Source: Thraustochytrium aureum
Taxonomy: Eukaryota
Length of the DNA: 64,000 bases
Direction: 5' to 3'
Assembly (NCBI GenBank): GCA_012862495.1
Contig: BLSG01000197.1
Coordinates: 62,591 to 126,590 of the forward strand
This document shows, in pieces, positions 48,590-60,085 of the stretch. The notes beneath the pieces are model-generated. The model ran no database searches. It was not told the origin of the DNA and saw only the letters and a program-made list of their open reading frames with translations. Both the position numbers and the translations under genes were made by a program. Position 1 is the stretch's first letter. Each line of letters begins with the position of its first letter.

Positions 48590-50170
48590 CTAGTTCTCGC
48601 CTGCCTGCCACTTGAACAGCGTCAAGCACATTGCAAAGGCTTGCAGCGCGCTGAGCGGGAAGCGAAAGTCCATGTTGAACTTGTCCTCGGAAACCTTGCC
48701 AAACTGGCACACCACGCGCTCCTCGTTCGGGATGGACTCGCTGTCCTCCGCCTGCGGCGTTCCCTTGTCGCTGTTCTTGTCAAGACAAAAGATCAAGTTC
48801 TTGCTCGACGCCATCTTGACCCGGTTGTTGAGGAACTTCATCCGAAGGCTGCCAGTACTCCTGTCGAAGCGCGGCTTGCGCGTTGTCAAGACGCACTCGC
48901 CCCGCGTGGCGTCGCCAGCAAGCACAGACGGCTCTGCGTGGGGCGCAGGCGGCGCAGGCGGCGCGGAGAACGCGCGAGCGCGACCCTTAAGCCCCAGCAC
49001 TCGAGGATGCTCCACGCTGCCCCCCTCGCACCGTTCAGCGGTGCTGGAGGACTGCTCAGCGCCGCAGTCGTCGCACTTTGCTGCGGGCTTGGACCTGCCC
49101 GTGCCAAAGACGGCTGTGCCGAGCTTTGGCGTGGAAGAGCCGTCTGCTGGCGGGACCGACTTCTTCCCAAAGCGCGCACACCAGCNNNNNNNNNNNNNNN
49201 NNNNNNNNNNNNNNNNNNNNNNNNNNNNNNNNNNNNNNNNNNNNNNNNNNNNNNNNNNNNNNNNNNNNNNNNNNNNNNNNNNNNNNNNNNNNNNNNNNNN
49301 NNNNNNNNNNNNNNNNNNNNNNNNNNNNNNNNNNNNNNNNNNNNNNNNNNNNNNNNNNNNNNNNNNNNNNNNNNNNNNNNNNNNNNNNNNNNNNNNNNNN
49401 NNNNNNNNNNNNNNNNNNNNNNNNNNNNNNNNNNNNNNNNNNNNNNNNNNNNNNNNNNNNNNNNNNNNNNNNNNNNNNNNNNNNNNNNNNNNNNNNNNNN
49501 NNNNNNNNNNNNNNNNNNNNNNNNNNNNNNNNNNNNNNNNNNNNNNNNNNNNNNNNNNNNNNNNNNNNNCGACGTTGCAGTCGATGACAGAGTCGTGGCC
49601 GCAGTGCACTGGGTGTGTCATGTGGCTGAGCTCCATCAAAAGTTGGCGATCGCCGTTGACCAGCTCGCCTTTGCCGCAGGTGTGGAGACCCAAGACGTCG
49701 TCGCAGCCTTCGCAGAAGCGCGAGAATAGTTTGAAGGCCTTGGTCTTTGGGTCGAGCCGCACAACCGCCACGAACCCGCTCGGCTGCTTTTTAGAGAACG
49801 AGTTGGGGAAGTTTTCGTACTTGGAGATGTAAAAGCACGAGTTTGCCATCACCGCGCTGAGCACAAAGTCGTTCGTGGACTCGCAGTAGAGCCAGAACTT
49901 TTTCTTGTCCTCGCGGACGACGTGGTATTTGTTGAGCTTTTTCAAGCGCGGGTGCGCCGGCTCGAGGTCGCGTGGGACGATCACCTCGCGCGCCCCGCCG
50001 CTCTCGAGCAACTCCATGTCGCCGTCCTCTTTGTGGTTGTTGCTCGAGAAGGAGAGCGTGCGCGAGAGCGGCGTGTTCGGTTGGCTGCAGTATGTGTTGT
50101 CATACTCCTCCTGCTCTTTGGCCTCGAACCCAGCTCCGCCGAGCGAGAGGGAGCGGCGCAGCTTGTTCAT
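48590..50170 (-). CDS. Tubby-like protein (gap 49186-49569)
   Basis: C-terminal tubby signature KPRFD...MKFLNNRVKMASSKNL...QFGKVSEDKFNMDFRFPLSALQAFAMCL. Confidence 0.92.
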   Translation of the reverse strand: MNKLRRSLSLGGAGFEAKEQEEYDNTYCSQPNTPLSRTLSFSSNNHKEDGDMELLESGGAREVIVPRDLEPAHPRLKKLNKYHVVREDKKKFWLYCESTNDFVLSAVMANSCFYISKYENFPNSFSKKQPSGFVAVVRLDPKTKAFKLFSRFCEGCDDVLGLHTCGKGELVNGDRQLLMELSHMTHPVHCGHDSVIDCNVXXXXXXXXXXXXXXXXXXXXXXXXXXXXXXXXXXXXXXXXXXXXXXXXXXXXXXXXXXXXXXXXXXXXXXXXXXXXXXXXXXXXXXXXXXXXXXXXXXXXXXXXXXXXXXXXXXXXXXXXXXXXXXXXXWCARFGKKSVPPADGSSTPKLGTAVFGTGRSKPAAKCDDCGAEQSSSTAERCEGGSVEHPRVLGLKGRARAFSAPPAPPAPHAEPSVLAGDATRGECVLTTRKPRFDRSTGSLRMKFLNNRVKMASSKNLIFCLDKNSDKGTPQAEDSESIPNEERVVCQFGKVSEDKFNMDFRFPLSALQAFAMCLTLFKWQAGEN

Positions 50171-52177
50171 GACTGGCTGGGAATGTTCGGTGTCTCGATG
50201 GAGATACAGCGGTGTTCTTCAGGCTTCGGCTCGGCGCGTGCGGGCTGTGCGGCCTCGACGACCTTGGCCGAGCGGGCGCAAACGAATCACGTGCTGTGCT
50301 CGCCACGCAGTGGCTCGGCGCTTCTACCACGGCGCGGCCGTCTCGTGCACCAGGTCCTTCCCTGGCCGCCTTGTCCGCCACTGCCTGCGCTGCGCTCGTT
50401 GCCGGCGTCGGGCACTGGTTGGCAGGTTTGCTTGGTCGGCTTGCACGGGCGGGCCGAGGAGAGTGCAGAGCCAGGTCGATTGTTTGTGGCTGCAGAGGCG
50501 ACGTGGACGAGTTTTGATACAGAGACCGGTTGACAAGAACGGCAGCAGTCCAACGTCTAGGATCATGCACGTTGAAATGGAGGCCCAACTACCAGGGCGC
50601 GTGCCTGCAAAGCCGAGCACCTTTGTTGAGAGAGCAGAGAGCTAGGCTAGAGAGGCGAGCGAGAGTGAGAGCGCGCCCGTTTACGCGAGTGCATAGACCG
50701 TCTTTGTGCCGCGATGTTTCCGTTGTCCACCTCCAATCGCAGGGCCAACCCAGGAGAATTCGTCCCAACACAGCACCTGAAGCCCCTGAGCGCGAGAGCC
50801 GCGCAAGATACCTTGCATGGGCGAGCAGCCCTGCAATGCATACAAGCAGCCCTGCAAAGCATGCGAGCAGTGCGTGGCGCCTCACAGCTGGCTGGCCGCA
50901 CCCAGCCCCGTCGCGTTGCCCCACGACTTGCATGCGTGTGTCCGTTAGTCTGCACGTTGGGCAACGGATATATATACAAGTGGAACGAAGGGTCCCTCCT
51001 GACGCAAGCTCTAGTAATTTGCGGCACTCGATTGACGCGGATGATGCGCGAAACTCGTGACAGGGGGTACCAACATGACGAGCAGCGAGCCCGAAATGCC
51101 CCACGCGAGCAGAGAATCAATCAAACAAACGAGGCCCGACAGACAGCCCAGCCGCCAGGCAGAGAGCCAGCCCCCCGAGCAGCAGGCGCTGGTCTTGCGG
51201 CGGGGAGAGGAGTCCGAGCTCACGAGAAGGCTCGGTTGTGGTGGGCCTCAAGCCCGGCCGAGCTGGGCTTTGGCGCTCGGTCCGGGCGGAAGCTCGATGC
51301 TCTACTCGGACAACAACGCTTTCGGCGAGCGCGAGTCCGACGATAGCCGGCAGCTGGGCAGGACGGGGCGCCCGGGGGCGGGTCGCCCGGGGGCGGACGC
51401 ACCGCGGATACGGCTGGGCAGGCCGCGCAGGACGGCTCNNNNNNNNNNNNNNNNNNNNNNNNNNNNNNNNNNNNNNNNNNNNNNNNNNNNNNNNNNNNNN
51501 NNNNNNNNNNNNNNNNNNNNNNNNNNNNNNNNNNNNNNNNNNNNNNNNNNNNNNNNNNNNNNNNNNNNNNNNNNNNNNNNNNNNNNNNNNNNNNNNNNNN
51601 NNNNNNNNNNNNNNNNNNNNNNNNNNNNNNNNNNNNNNNNNNNNNNNNNNNNNNNNNNNNNNNNNNNNNNNNNNNNNNNNNNNNNNNNNNNNNNNNNNNN
51701 NNNNNNNNNNNNNNNNNNNNNNNNNNNNNNNNNNNNNNNNNNNNNNNNNNNNNNNNNNNNNNNNNNNNNNNNNNNNNNNNNNNNNNNNNNNNNNNNNNNN
51801 NNNNNNNNNNNNNNNNNNNNNNNNNNNNNNNNNNNNNNNNNNNNNNNNNNNNNNNNNNNNNNNNNNNNNNNNNNNNNNNNNNNNNNNNNNNNNNNNNNNN
51901 NNNNNNNNNNNNNNNNNNNNNNNNNNNNNNNNNNNNNNNNNNNNNNNNNNNNNNNNNNNNNNNNNNNNNNNNNNNNNNNNNNNNNNNNNNNNNNNNNNNN
52001 NNNNNNNNNNNNNNNNNNNNNNNNNNNNNNNNNNNNNNNNNNNNNNNNNNNNNNNNNNNNNNNNNNNNNNNNNNNNNNNNNNNNNNNNNNNNNNNNNNNN
52101 NNNNNNNNNNNNNNNNNNNNNNNNNNNNNNNNNNNNNNNNNNNNNNNNNNNNNNNNNNNNNNNNNNNNNNNNNNNNN

Positions 52178-52301
52178 TCTGTTGTGTTCTGTTGTGTTCT
52201 GTTGTGTTCTGTTGTGTTCTGTTGTGTTCTGTTGTGTTCTGTTGTGTTCTGTTGTGTTCTGTTGTGTTCTGTTGTGTTCTGTTGTGTTCTGTTGTGTTCT
52301 G
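52178..52301. repeat. (CTGTTGTGTT)n 10-bp tandem array emerging from the gap
   Basis: About 12 perfect copies, probably extending into the gap. Confidence 0.95.
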
Positions 52302-52749
52302 TGCTCGCTACTTTGTTCTTTGCCTTCTATGCGTTTTTGTTCTTTTCATTCCTTGGAATTCATCATCGATGCGTTTCGGTTTGTTTGTTCGCAGAGATTG
52401 CGTTTCGCATTCAATAGGGAGGTAGTAAGCGCTGCTGGGCAGGTGTTTTACGTGCACACCTAACCTGCGCGCGTTCCGCAGTGAATGCAGGCGCAGGTAG
52501 CGCTGCTGGGCCGGGACAGGCCTTGCGCGCGGAGCAGGCGGTCTCGTGGTGTATGTCGCTGGTCGGCAGTCTCACAGCCTCGGCGCGGCGCGTCTCGGGC
52601 GCGCTTCGACCTTGCAGGCGCTCGGCCGCCTTGGCCGACAGGGCTCGATTTGGCTTTGCTCGCGCCGTCAGCCGAGGTGCCGGCCAGGTTGCGAGCTGTG
52701 AATTCTGAACTGAATCGGTTGTTGCGGGGTTGTGCTCTACTTATCGTAG

Positions 52750-53328
52750 ATGGTTTGCGAGCGATGCGGCACGGCGCTGGTGCTGGCTGCGGGGGTTTGC
52801 GCTGATGTGTTCAAGCTGCTGGCCATCACAGTGCAGCTTCTCTATATCCCGCTGGTGTTTGCGCTGATGATGGCGAGGACAATTCAAGAGAACATGATTG
52901 ACTTTCCGGCGAGGTTTGAGGGCGAGTACGACGACCTGTTCTACTTTTACGCCGCCGTTGGCGGTGCTGTGTCGCTTTTGCTTCTCGTCCCCTTTTGGGT
53001 GGCAGTAATCATTGCTCCGTTCGGTTCCCGCGTGAGCGGGACGCTCGCATGCGCCTCGGGTTTCGCAAGCGTCGCGTTTGCCTACTTTCTGGTTCTGTCT
53101 CGGGAAGAGCCTTTCGTCATGTACGTTTTGACGTACACCGTTTACGTGATGATGGCCGTGAGCGTGTTGTTCTGGTTTCGATGCATGATAACGGGGCTCC
53201 ACGACTTTTGCTCGCGCGTGCAGGACGAGGTCGACATCAAGCAAGGCCGAGAGCCACATAGCCACCTTGCGCGGAAACGCATGCGGCAAATGGAGGAGCA
53301 GCGCATGTCGCCAGCCGCCTCGCCCTGA
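52750..53328 (+). CDS. Hypothetical 4-TM membrane protein (may have an upstream exon)
   Basis: 192-aa ORF with four hydrophobic segments. The first codon follows a possible acceptor (atcgtag). Confidence 0.6.
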   Translation: MVCERCGTALVLAAGVCADVFKLLAITVQLLYIPLVFALMMARTIQENMIDFPARFEGEYDDLFYFYAAVGGAVSLLLLVPFWVAVIIAPFGSRVSGTLACASGFASVAFAYFLVLSREEPFVMYVLTYTVYVMMAVSVLFWFRCMITGLHDFCSRVQDEVDIKQGREPHSHLARKRMRQMEEQRMSPAASP

Positions 53329-53645
53329 ACCAGCCAGGGGCATTCGCGCTCGTTGTCGTTGTGGCCCCCTTGTGCGTTTCACTGTAAAATTCTGTGTCTC
53401 TGTTTTTCTGAATTGTTTTCCTACTGCTTGTACCGCAACAACGAAAGCTGTTTTTGTTGTACTCGAGGTACCGAACTCGAGCAGGCGATCGATACTCGCG
53501 GTCGTCTACTCGAGCACTGGGCTTGAGCGCCCCTCGCCCGGCCCGGCGCCGCCCCGCAAGCCCACTCGGTCCGTCGCACAATGCATCATCGACCAACGAA
53601 GTCTCGGGCGGACAAAGTGCAGCGCTTGCAAACGGACGACCAAGA

Positions 53646-55017
53646 ATGGCCGCGGCGTCCGAGGCGCAGCCTCTGCGTTGCAAGCCGCTGCGGCGCCAGC
53701 TGTTCGGCGAGGAGCGATTCTTTGGCGAGCTCCCGGCGGCCCTGCACACTGACGTTTTGGCAGTGCTCCAGTACTTGGAGCGATGCGCCAAGACAGCGCG
53801 GTTGAGCTCAAAGTCCTGTGTGAAGGCTAAGGCTCGGCAAGCGCGAAAGCAACGCGCTGGAGCGGCCCCGGGCGCCGGTGCTCCAGAGCCTGGCAACGCG
53901 AGCGAAGTGGAGGCTGGCAAGTCGCGAAAGCGGCGCCTTGAAGACATTGCGCGGGAAAACGGCGGGGTCAAGGCCCTCAAGCTGAGCAGGGCGCGCGTGG
54001 ACCGCGTCGAGGTGGCGTTCGAGGCGAGCGCGAGCTGCCCTTTCAGCAGCATCGACGACCTGGAAAGGGCCGTAAAGCAGTGGTGCGACGTCTACTATGC
54101 CGCGTTTGACGCTGCCTGCTACTACAACGCCTCGCGCACCGGCGGATATACCTCTGCGAATGCCGAGGTCCAGGCGAGGCTCACTCGCCGCACGCTTGAC
54201 TGCCTCGACGAGCCCGCTGGTAGCACTGTGCTCGACCTCGCATGTGGATCTGGGCTCAGCTCTCTTGCGGTGCTCGCGAGAGCGCGAGCGGCGCCCTGTC
54301 AGAAACCTGCCTTTGTAGTAGGCGCGGACGCCTCGCCGTCGATGCTGGAGAGCGCCGCGCACGCCGCAGCCGAGGGGCGCGAGGGATACGTCGACTATGT
54401 GCTGGCGGACATGAAGCTCCCACTGCCGTTTCNNNNNNNNNNNNNNNNNNNNNNNNNNNNNNNNNNNNNNNNNNNNNNNNNNNNNNNNNNNNNNNNNNNN
54501 NNNNNNNNNNNNNNNNNNNNNNNNNNNNNNNNNNNNNNNNNNNNNNNNNNNNNNNNNNNNNNNNNNNNNNNNNNNNNNNNNNNNNNNNNNNNNNNNNNNN
54601 NNNNNNNNNNNNNNNNNNNNNNNNNNNNNNNNNNNNNNNNNNNNNNNNNNNNNNNNNNNNNNNNNNNNNNNNNNNNNNNNNNNNNNNNNNNNNNNNNNNN
54701 NNNNNNNNNNNNNNNTCGCTCACTGTTCCGCCGTTGGACGAGCTTCACAGTCCAGCAAATCTTGCCAGAGTTTTAGCAGCGCTGCACGTTCCGGATGGCG
54801 AGGCCCAGGCGGGGACTGCGGCGCCCGCGCCTTGCTAGCGTGTCGGAGCGCGCTGGCATTCGCGCGAAAAGGCCGCGCTTGGGAAGCTAGCTCTAGCAAG
54901 AGAGAGAGAGGCCCTGAGTTAGAGCCCGCGTGTCTGCGCCGACGCAAGCGGCGCGCCAGGGGGCGCAGCGCAGTTGACTGGCGCCGTCCGAGGTCTGAAC
55001 CAACCAACCATCCCTAA
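53646..55017 (+). CDS. Class I SAM-dependent methyltransferase, BUD23/WBSCR22-like (gap 54433-54715; end uncertain)
   Basis: YYN...YTS..EVQARLTRRTLDCL, VLDLACGSGLSS, GADASPSML and ADMKLPLPF parallel BUD23 motifs. Confidence 0.75.
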
Positions 55018-55118
55018 AACACTTCTCCTTCGTCCTCTTCTTCTTCTTCTTCTTCTTCTTCTTTAACGAAAAACATCATGCACGATGCCATCACGATGCT
55101 GACAAAATCACTCTACAG

Positions 55119-56170
55119 TTACGTCTCGCCCTCGGCCGGCGCAGCTGGCGCTTTTGACAAGCTGAGGCGGTTTGAAATGCTCTTGCGCAGGTTAGAAAGA
55201 CGCTTGCTAATTCGCGAACCGGCCTCTGGCGCACCAGGGGCGTCCGCAGGAGCTTTAACCGCCAAGGCCGCCGCCTCCTCGGCCTTGGCCGCGTCGGCCT
55301 CTGCTTGCGCTGCAAGCGCAGCTGCCGTTTCCGCTGCCTCCTGCACGTTGGCGTCTTTGATTGGGCCGCCCTCGACAATCCGCGCGGTCGAGGTGCCCCC
55401 CAACGACGGAGGCAAGCACTCGGACGGGATGTCCTCCTTGAGCTTTTCAAGGTCGTTCTTGTTGACGATCTGGACCTTGGCGAGGGTGTTTTCGGCCATC
55501 GTGGAGCTCACGCCGCGGAACATCTTTTCGAGCACGGTGTGGAGGCGGCAAAAGTAAATGCGAAAGTAAGACTCGGGGTAGAACGGGTCTGCGATCTTGG
55601 ACATGGCCTTGACAAATACGAGCAGGCTCAGCAACCACTTGCTCACGGTGCGAAGCGAAAACGCCGACTGGCCGTCGTTGGAGCCGAGGTCGACGAGCAT
55701 GACCGCCTCGCCGCGCGGGTTGTCCTGTTGCGCGCGCTCGAGAAGGTAGACGTTGTACCGCACGACCATTTCCAGGGGGACTTGCTTGAGCAGCTTGGGG
55801 AAGTCGATCATGGAGAGGTGGAAAAAGTGCACGGGCCGGCCCGAGTAGTCCTTGCCGGTCACCCCCATGGCCCACGACTTGCGCAGCAGGATGGCCTCCT
55901 TGCTCTTGTCTTGCGGCCATGTCGTCAGTAGCTCGTTGGTTCCGAACGACTCGCGCCACTTGGCGCACTGCTTGAGCAGCTTGGCGGCCTTCTTGGCGTC
56001 CAGCTTGTGCCCGCGCAGGAACCTCATGTACGTCACGTCGCCGGCGGCCAGCAGCCACTCGCGCCCCAGGCCATGCCGGCTGGCGCCTTTGCGATCTCCT
56101 CCTTGAGCGCCTCCAGGGCCGCGACCTCCTGCCGCAGACCCCAGCCGAGCGGCTCTTGGACCGCCGTCAT
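55119..56170 (-). CDS. CRAL-TRIO/SEC14-like lipid-binding protein; 1-nt deletion at ~56065
   Basis: DVTYMRFLRGHKLDAKKA...KWRESF (CRAL-TRIO_N), GKDYSGRPV, and YPE..RIY...TLAKVQIV...IPSECLPPSLGGT. Confidence 0.9.
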
Positions 56171-57688
56171 CGTGGCTCTGGCTCTAGACACGAGACGGCT
56201 TCTGTTGCGCGCCACGAAGACACCGAAGACGAGCGTCCGCGCGTCCGTGCGGCCGTCCGTCCGAGCGCCGCTCGCTGCCTGGTCAGTCAAGGAGGCCGGC
56301 GTAGGACTGCGAGCGGCGGGCCTGGGCCAGCCGCTCCGGCGCACAGGCACTTCTACTCCCTATCATCGCGCGCGAGAGCGCCACCATGCACATGCACGCG
56401 GATGGTGTGCGTGCTGGCGGCGGCAGGCCACAATGACGTGGAGAGCGGCGCTCTGTCGTTGCATCTACGTCAGGGGCGGTCCTCTGTGTCGCGGGAGGAC
56501 GCGCTCCACGTCACAGGCACCCTGTGGTGAGCCATTCGAGACCATCAACGAGGGACCGCATGTGATGAGCAGAGTTCGAAATGTGCTGTCGGAGGGGTTC
56601 GCAGCTCGTCACAAATCGCGTGGTTTCACGTCGTAGTGGGACCCTCGCGACGTGTGTGAACCGCGAAAAAGTGGGCTTGCGCCAACCCGCAACCATCATG
56701 CTGGCGCGTGTTGCACAACTACGATGCCTCCTGCCAGTGGTTTGTGGCGCAAGGTCGAAAACAGCAGAGAGCTTGACCATCGTGATGGGGTCCGTCCAGC
56801 ACGGCAGGCACCTTCGCACAACCCAAGGAGGATGTGACTGGACTGGATGTCATGGCACACGGCCACTTTGTGGCCCCAAGCAGGCTGGCAGGCATCGATC
56901 GATCGAGCGACTTGCGTCACAAAAAGCACCGTGAACGAAGGTAGAGCAGTACCTGAAGTACTCCTACCTACGCGTAAGCTCCTCTGCGCGTAAGCGCCCT
57001 ACCCGACCATGGGCGCGCGCGTTCAAGAAGGCCGTTCAAGTCGTTGTCACTGGCAGGCGCACGAATCGCGCTCACTGGGTGCTTGGGCTCACGCCCAACT
57101 TTTTTTCTAAGGCCCAAGGTGCGGCCACCCAATCTGTAGTATCGGAGTTTGCCCCTTTCACCATCCGATCATGCCAGACCCCGCAAACCCCAATCGATCC
57201 GCACTTTTCCGAGCGACCCAAGCAACCGCACAACTGGCAAGCATCGCAAGCAGCTCAGCAAGCGACAAGTGCACAAGGCAGACAATCTCCACCCAGGCAG
57301 GATGACCTCTTCGAGCAGCGTTCTCGTCGCCAAGCCCATGCGCAAGCGTGTCCTCCAAACCATCGGCTCGTGGTCCAACTTGAGCGCTATCCGACTCGGC
57401 GCCCCCAAGGCGAAGATTGTGCCCACCTGAGCCGCGCAGCCGCCTGTGACTGGCTGAGCGTGCCGGCAGCTCACTTCCATGCGCCAGCCGGTCAAGCCAA
57501 TCGTTAGTTTTCTCTAGACCTGTTAGGGTCCTCGCCGTGTAGCCTTGGAGGCTGCTTGGAACGGACTCTGTAAATCAATTCCCGTTCGCCGTGACAACTT
57601 CTCCTTTGTTGGCTGCTTGGGCCGGCCTCATGCCGTGCTTTGTCCTTGGTATCAGCGAAAACACCGATGTGGCGCCGCTTCAGGTTGG

Positions 57689-57778
57689 CCTTGCACCTCG
57701 ACGCCGCACCACCTCGACGCCGCACCACCTTCGACGCCGCACCACCTTGCCTTGCACTTCGACGCCCCACCACCTCGC
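57689..57778. repeat. Degenerate ~16-bp tandem repeat (TCGACGCCGCACCACC)
   Basis: Four related units, with two ccttgcac lead-ins. Confidence 0.85.
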
Positions 57779-57926
57779 TTCCGGTTTGGAGAATCGGCGC
57801 GTTGAACCCAATGACACCATCATGGTTGATCGATATCGCGTCACGGCACAGGCTGCCGAAGGTTTAGGTCTTCTGCGTTGTTGGGCCACCAGCAAGCATC
57901 GCGCAGGGTTATCTCCATTTACTTTA

Positions 57927-58012
57927 CTTCGATCCGCGGGTGATCGCAACACGGAGGCTTTGTGCCAACGTCGCAAAGCCATTCTCCGCCAGGCTCTCCG
58001 CCATCTTCAGAC
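57927..58012 (+). repeat. Dispersed repeat copy (related to 27370-27480 minus and 58401-58430)
   Basis: ttcgatccgcggg(t/c)gatcg recurs at ~58411. cgccatcttcagac is shared with the 27-kb copy. Confidence 0.6.
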
Positions 58013-59106
58013 CCTTCGAGATCGAGGCCACAGTGGCTGGGCTCTCAGGCACCGTCTGGTTGTCNNNNNNNNNNNNNNNNNNNNNNNNNNNNNNNNNNNN
58101 NNNNNNNNNNNNNNNNNNNNNNNNNNNNNNNNNNNNNNNNNNNNNNNNNNNNNNNNNNNNNNNNNNNNNNNNNNNNNNNNNNNNNNNNNNNNNNNNNNNN
58201 NNNNNNNNNNNNNNNNNNNNNNNNNNNNNNNNNNNNNNNNNNNNNNNNNNNNNNNNNNNNNNNNNNNNNNNNNNNNNNNNNNNNNNNNNNNNNNNNNNNN
58301 NNNNNNNNNNNNNNNNNNNNNNNNNNNNNNNNNNNNNNNNNNNNNNNNNNNNNNNNNNNNNNNNNNNNNNNNNNNNNNNNTTGAATTGAAAGAGGTCGTT
58401 TGGTGCCTCTTTCGATCCGCGGGCGATCGTATGTCACGAGGACGGCCATCACTCGTCGAGCCCTGCGCCGTCTCCAGGCCCGCCGCATGGTCAACCGGTA
58501 GGTAGGTTGTAGGCGTACTCCCAGGATGTCCCGTTCGTTCCACCTTGCGCCACAGCGCCGCGCCTGTTGACCCAGAGCTCTTGCCCGCCACTTTCGCCGA
58601 CAGCCTCGCACACAGCACAGGCGGCAGGCCACAGGTCAACCCGGCAGGCACGGCGCACCAGGCGCGAGGACATGGACGTCATCGACCGCCACGCGGCATC
58701 GAGCAGCGGAACAGCGAACAGGGCGAGCACGAGTGGCGAGCACGAGCACGAGCTGGATGGACGCCTGCCACGAGCTCGAGACTCATGTCATTCATGATCA
58801 CGAGTCACACGAGTCACGACACGAGAGTCGTAAGTGGATGACGTTGGCCTTGCAGCATTTTGCGAGATGCGTTTCGCGCAAGAGGATAGCCCGCCGCTTG
58901 GCCGGCTCTGTCGCGTGGCGCTCGAGCGACTGACGCAGGCTGCGAAGGGGAAGGCAGAAAGCTGCGTCGCGGACTCGAGGCGCGCGGGACGGTAGCGCGA
59001 CCGATCTGACGCGGCGCGACGAGGCAGACTCGGGGCAGGGCGTGGGGCGACGAGGAGCGCTGGTTTGGGGAGTGCGGCTGGCTCGGAGCGCGCAGGGGGG
59101 AAGGAA

Positions 59107-60006
59107 ATGAGCGGAACGGCTGCGACGGTGATGCTGGAAACAGTGGGCGAGCTCGTCAGCGGGAGCTGGGCGTGGGCCGTGTTCTTCCATTTGTGCTACT
59201 GGGGCTGCCGCGCGTCGGCCTCGGTCGTGTTTGATACCTATGCGGGGATTGAGAGGAACAAGCGCGGGTACTGGTGCTCGTCGATGGTCTCGTCTTTCCA
59301 TGCCGTGCTCATCACAACGCTCTCGCTCAAGGCGCTCGTGCTGGACCACCACCTGGCGGCGGGGCTCGACTTTTACTATCACACGCCCACCTCGATGCTG
59401 GCGACACGCATCTTCCTGGGCTACATTTTCAGTACGTTACGTTGAGTTTGATCGTTTGTTGCATGCATCCCCACTTGGCCTGCCCTGCCGAGCGCTCTGC
59501 TAACGCGAAACTCGCGACCCCCGCGCGGCTGCGGCGCAGGTGACCTGCTCCTCAGCATCTGGTACCGCGCGCGGTGGCCAGGCTGGATCGAAAACCTCCT
59601 CCACCACGTCTGCATCATTTTCACCTGGTCGGTCTTTCTGTCGACCAAGTCGGGCCAGTTCTTTGCCTGCGTGGCCCACATTTGCGAGCTGACCACCCCT
59701 TTCGTGAACCAACGCTGGTTCCTTTACGAGGCTGGCTTGAAGAGCGGGACCGTCTACTTTTACAACGGGCTCGCGATGGTGTTCCTCTGGTTTGTCACGC
59801 GGATCGTCTTGTACACGTACTGTGGCATCAAGATGTACCAGACGCTGGACCAGCTCGCGCTCCTGGGCTACGCGCGCGCTTCGGTTGTCGTATTCTGCTA
59901 TCTCGCGGGCCTTATGCTGCAGTTTTTCTGGTTTTATAAGATTATGCGCGGCGCGCTCAAGAGCGTCCGCACTCGCGGCGCGGACGCCAAGCCCAAGACT
60001 CAATGA
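59107..60006 (+). CDS. TLC (TRAM/LAG1/CLN8) domain protein, TLCD4/TMEM56-like; intron 59432-59539
   Basis: VSSFHA. Splicing gtacgt...gctaac...gcag gives GYIFSDLL. Also LLHH, ELTTPFVNQRWF, YNGL...FVTRI and FWFYKI. Confidence 0.92.
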
Positions 60007-60085
60007 ATGAATACAACTTGGCCTCGCTTTCTCACCGTTGTCTCGCGAGCACCCGATACCGGCAAAAACCACCCGCGCTGGTTGC

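Noticed and set aside
52178..52463. Cys/Val-rich membrane ORFs, or a telomeric array
   Set aside because: They are translations of a 10-bp satellite. The unit does not match a TTAGGG-type telomere repeat and is internal to the scaffold.
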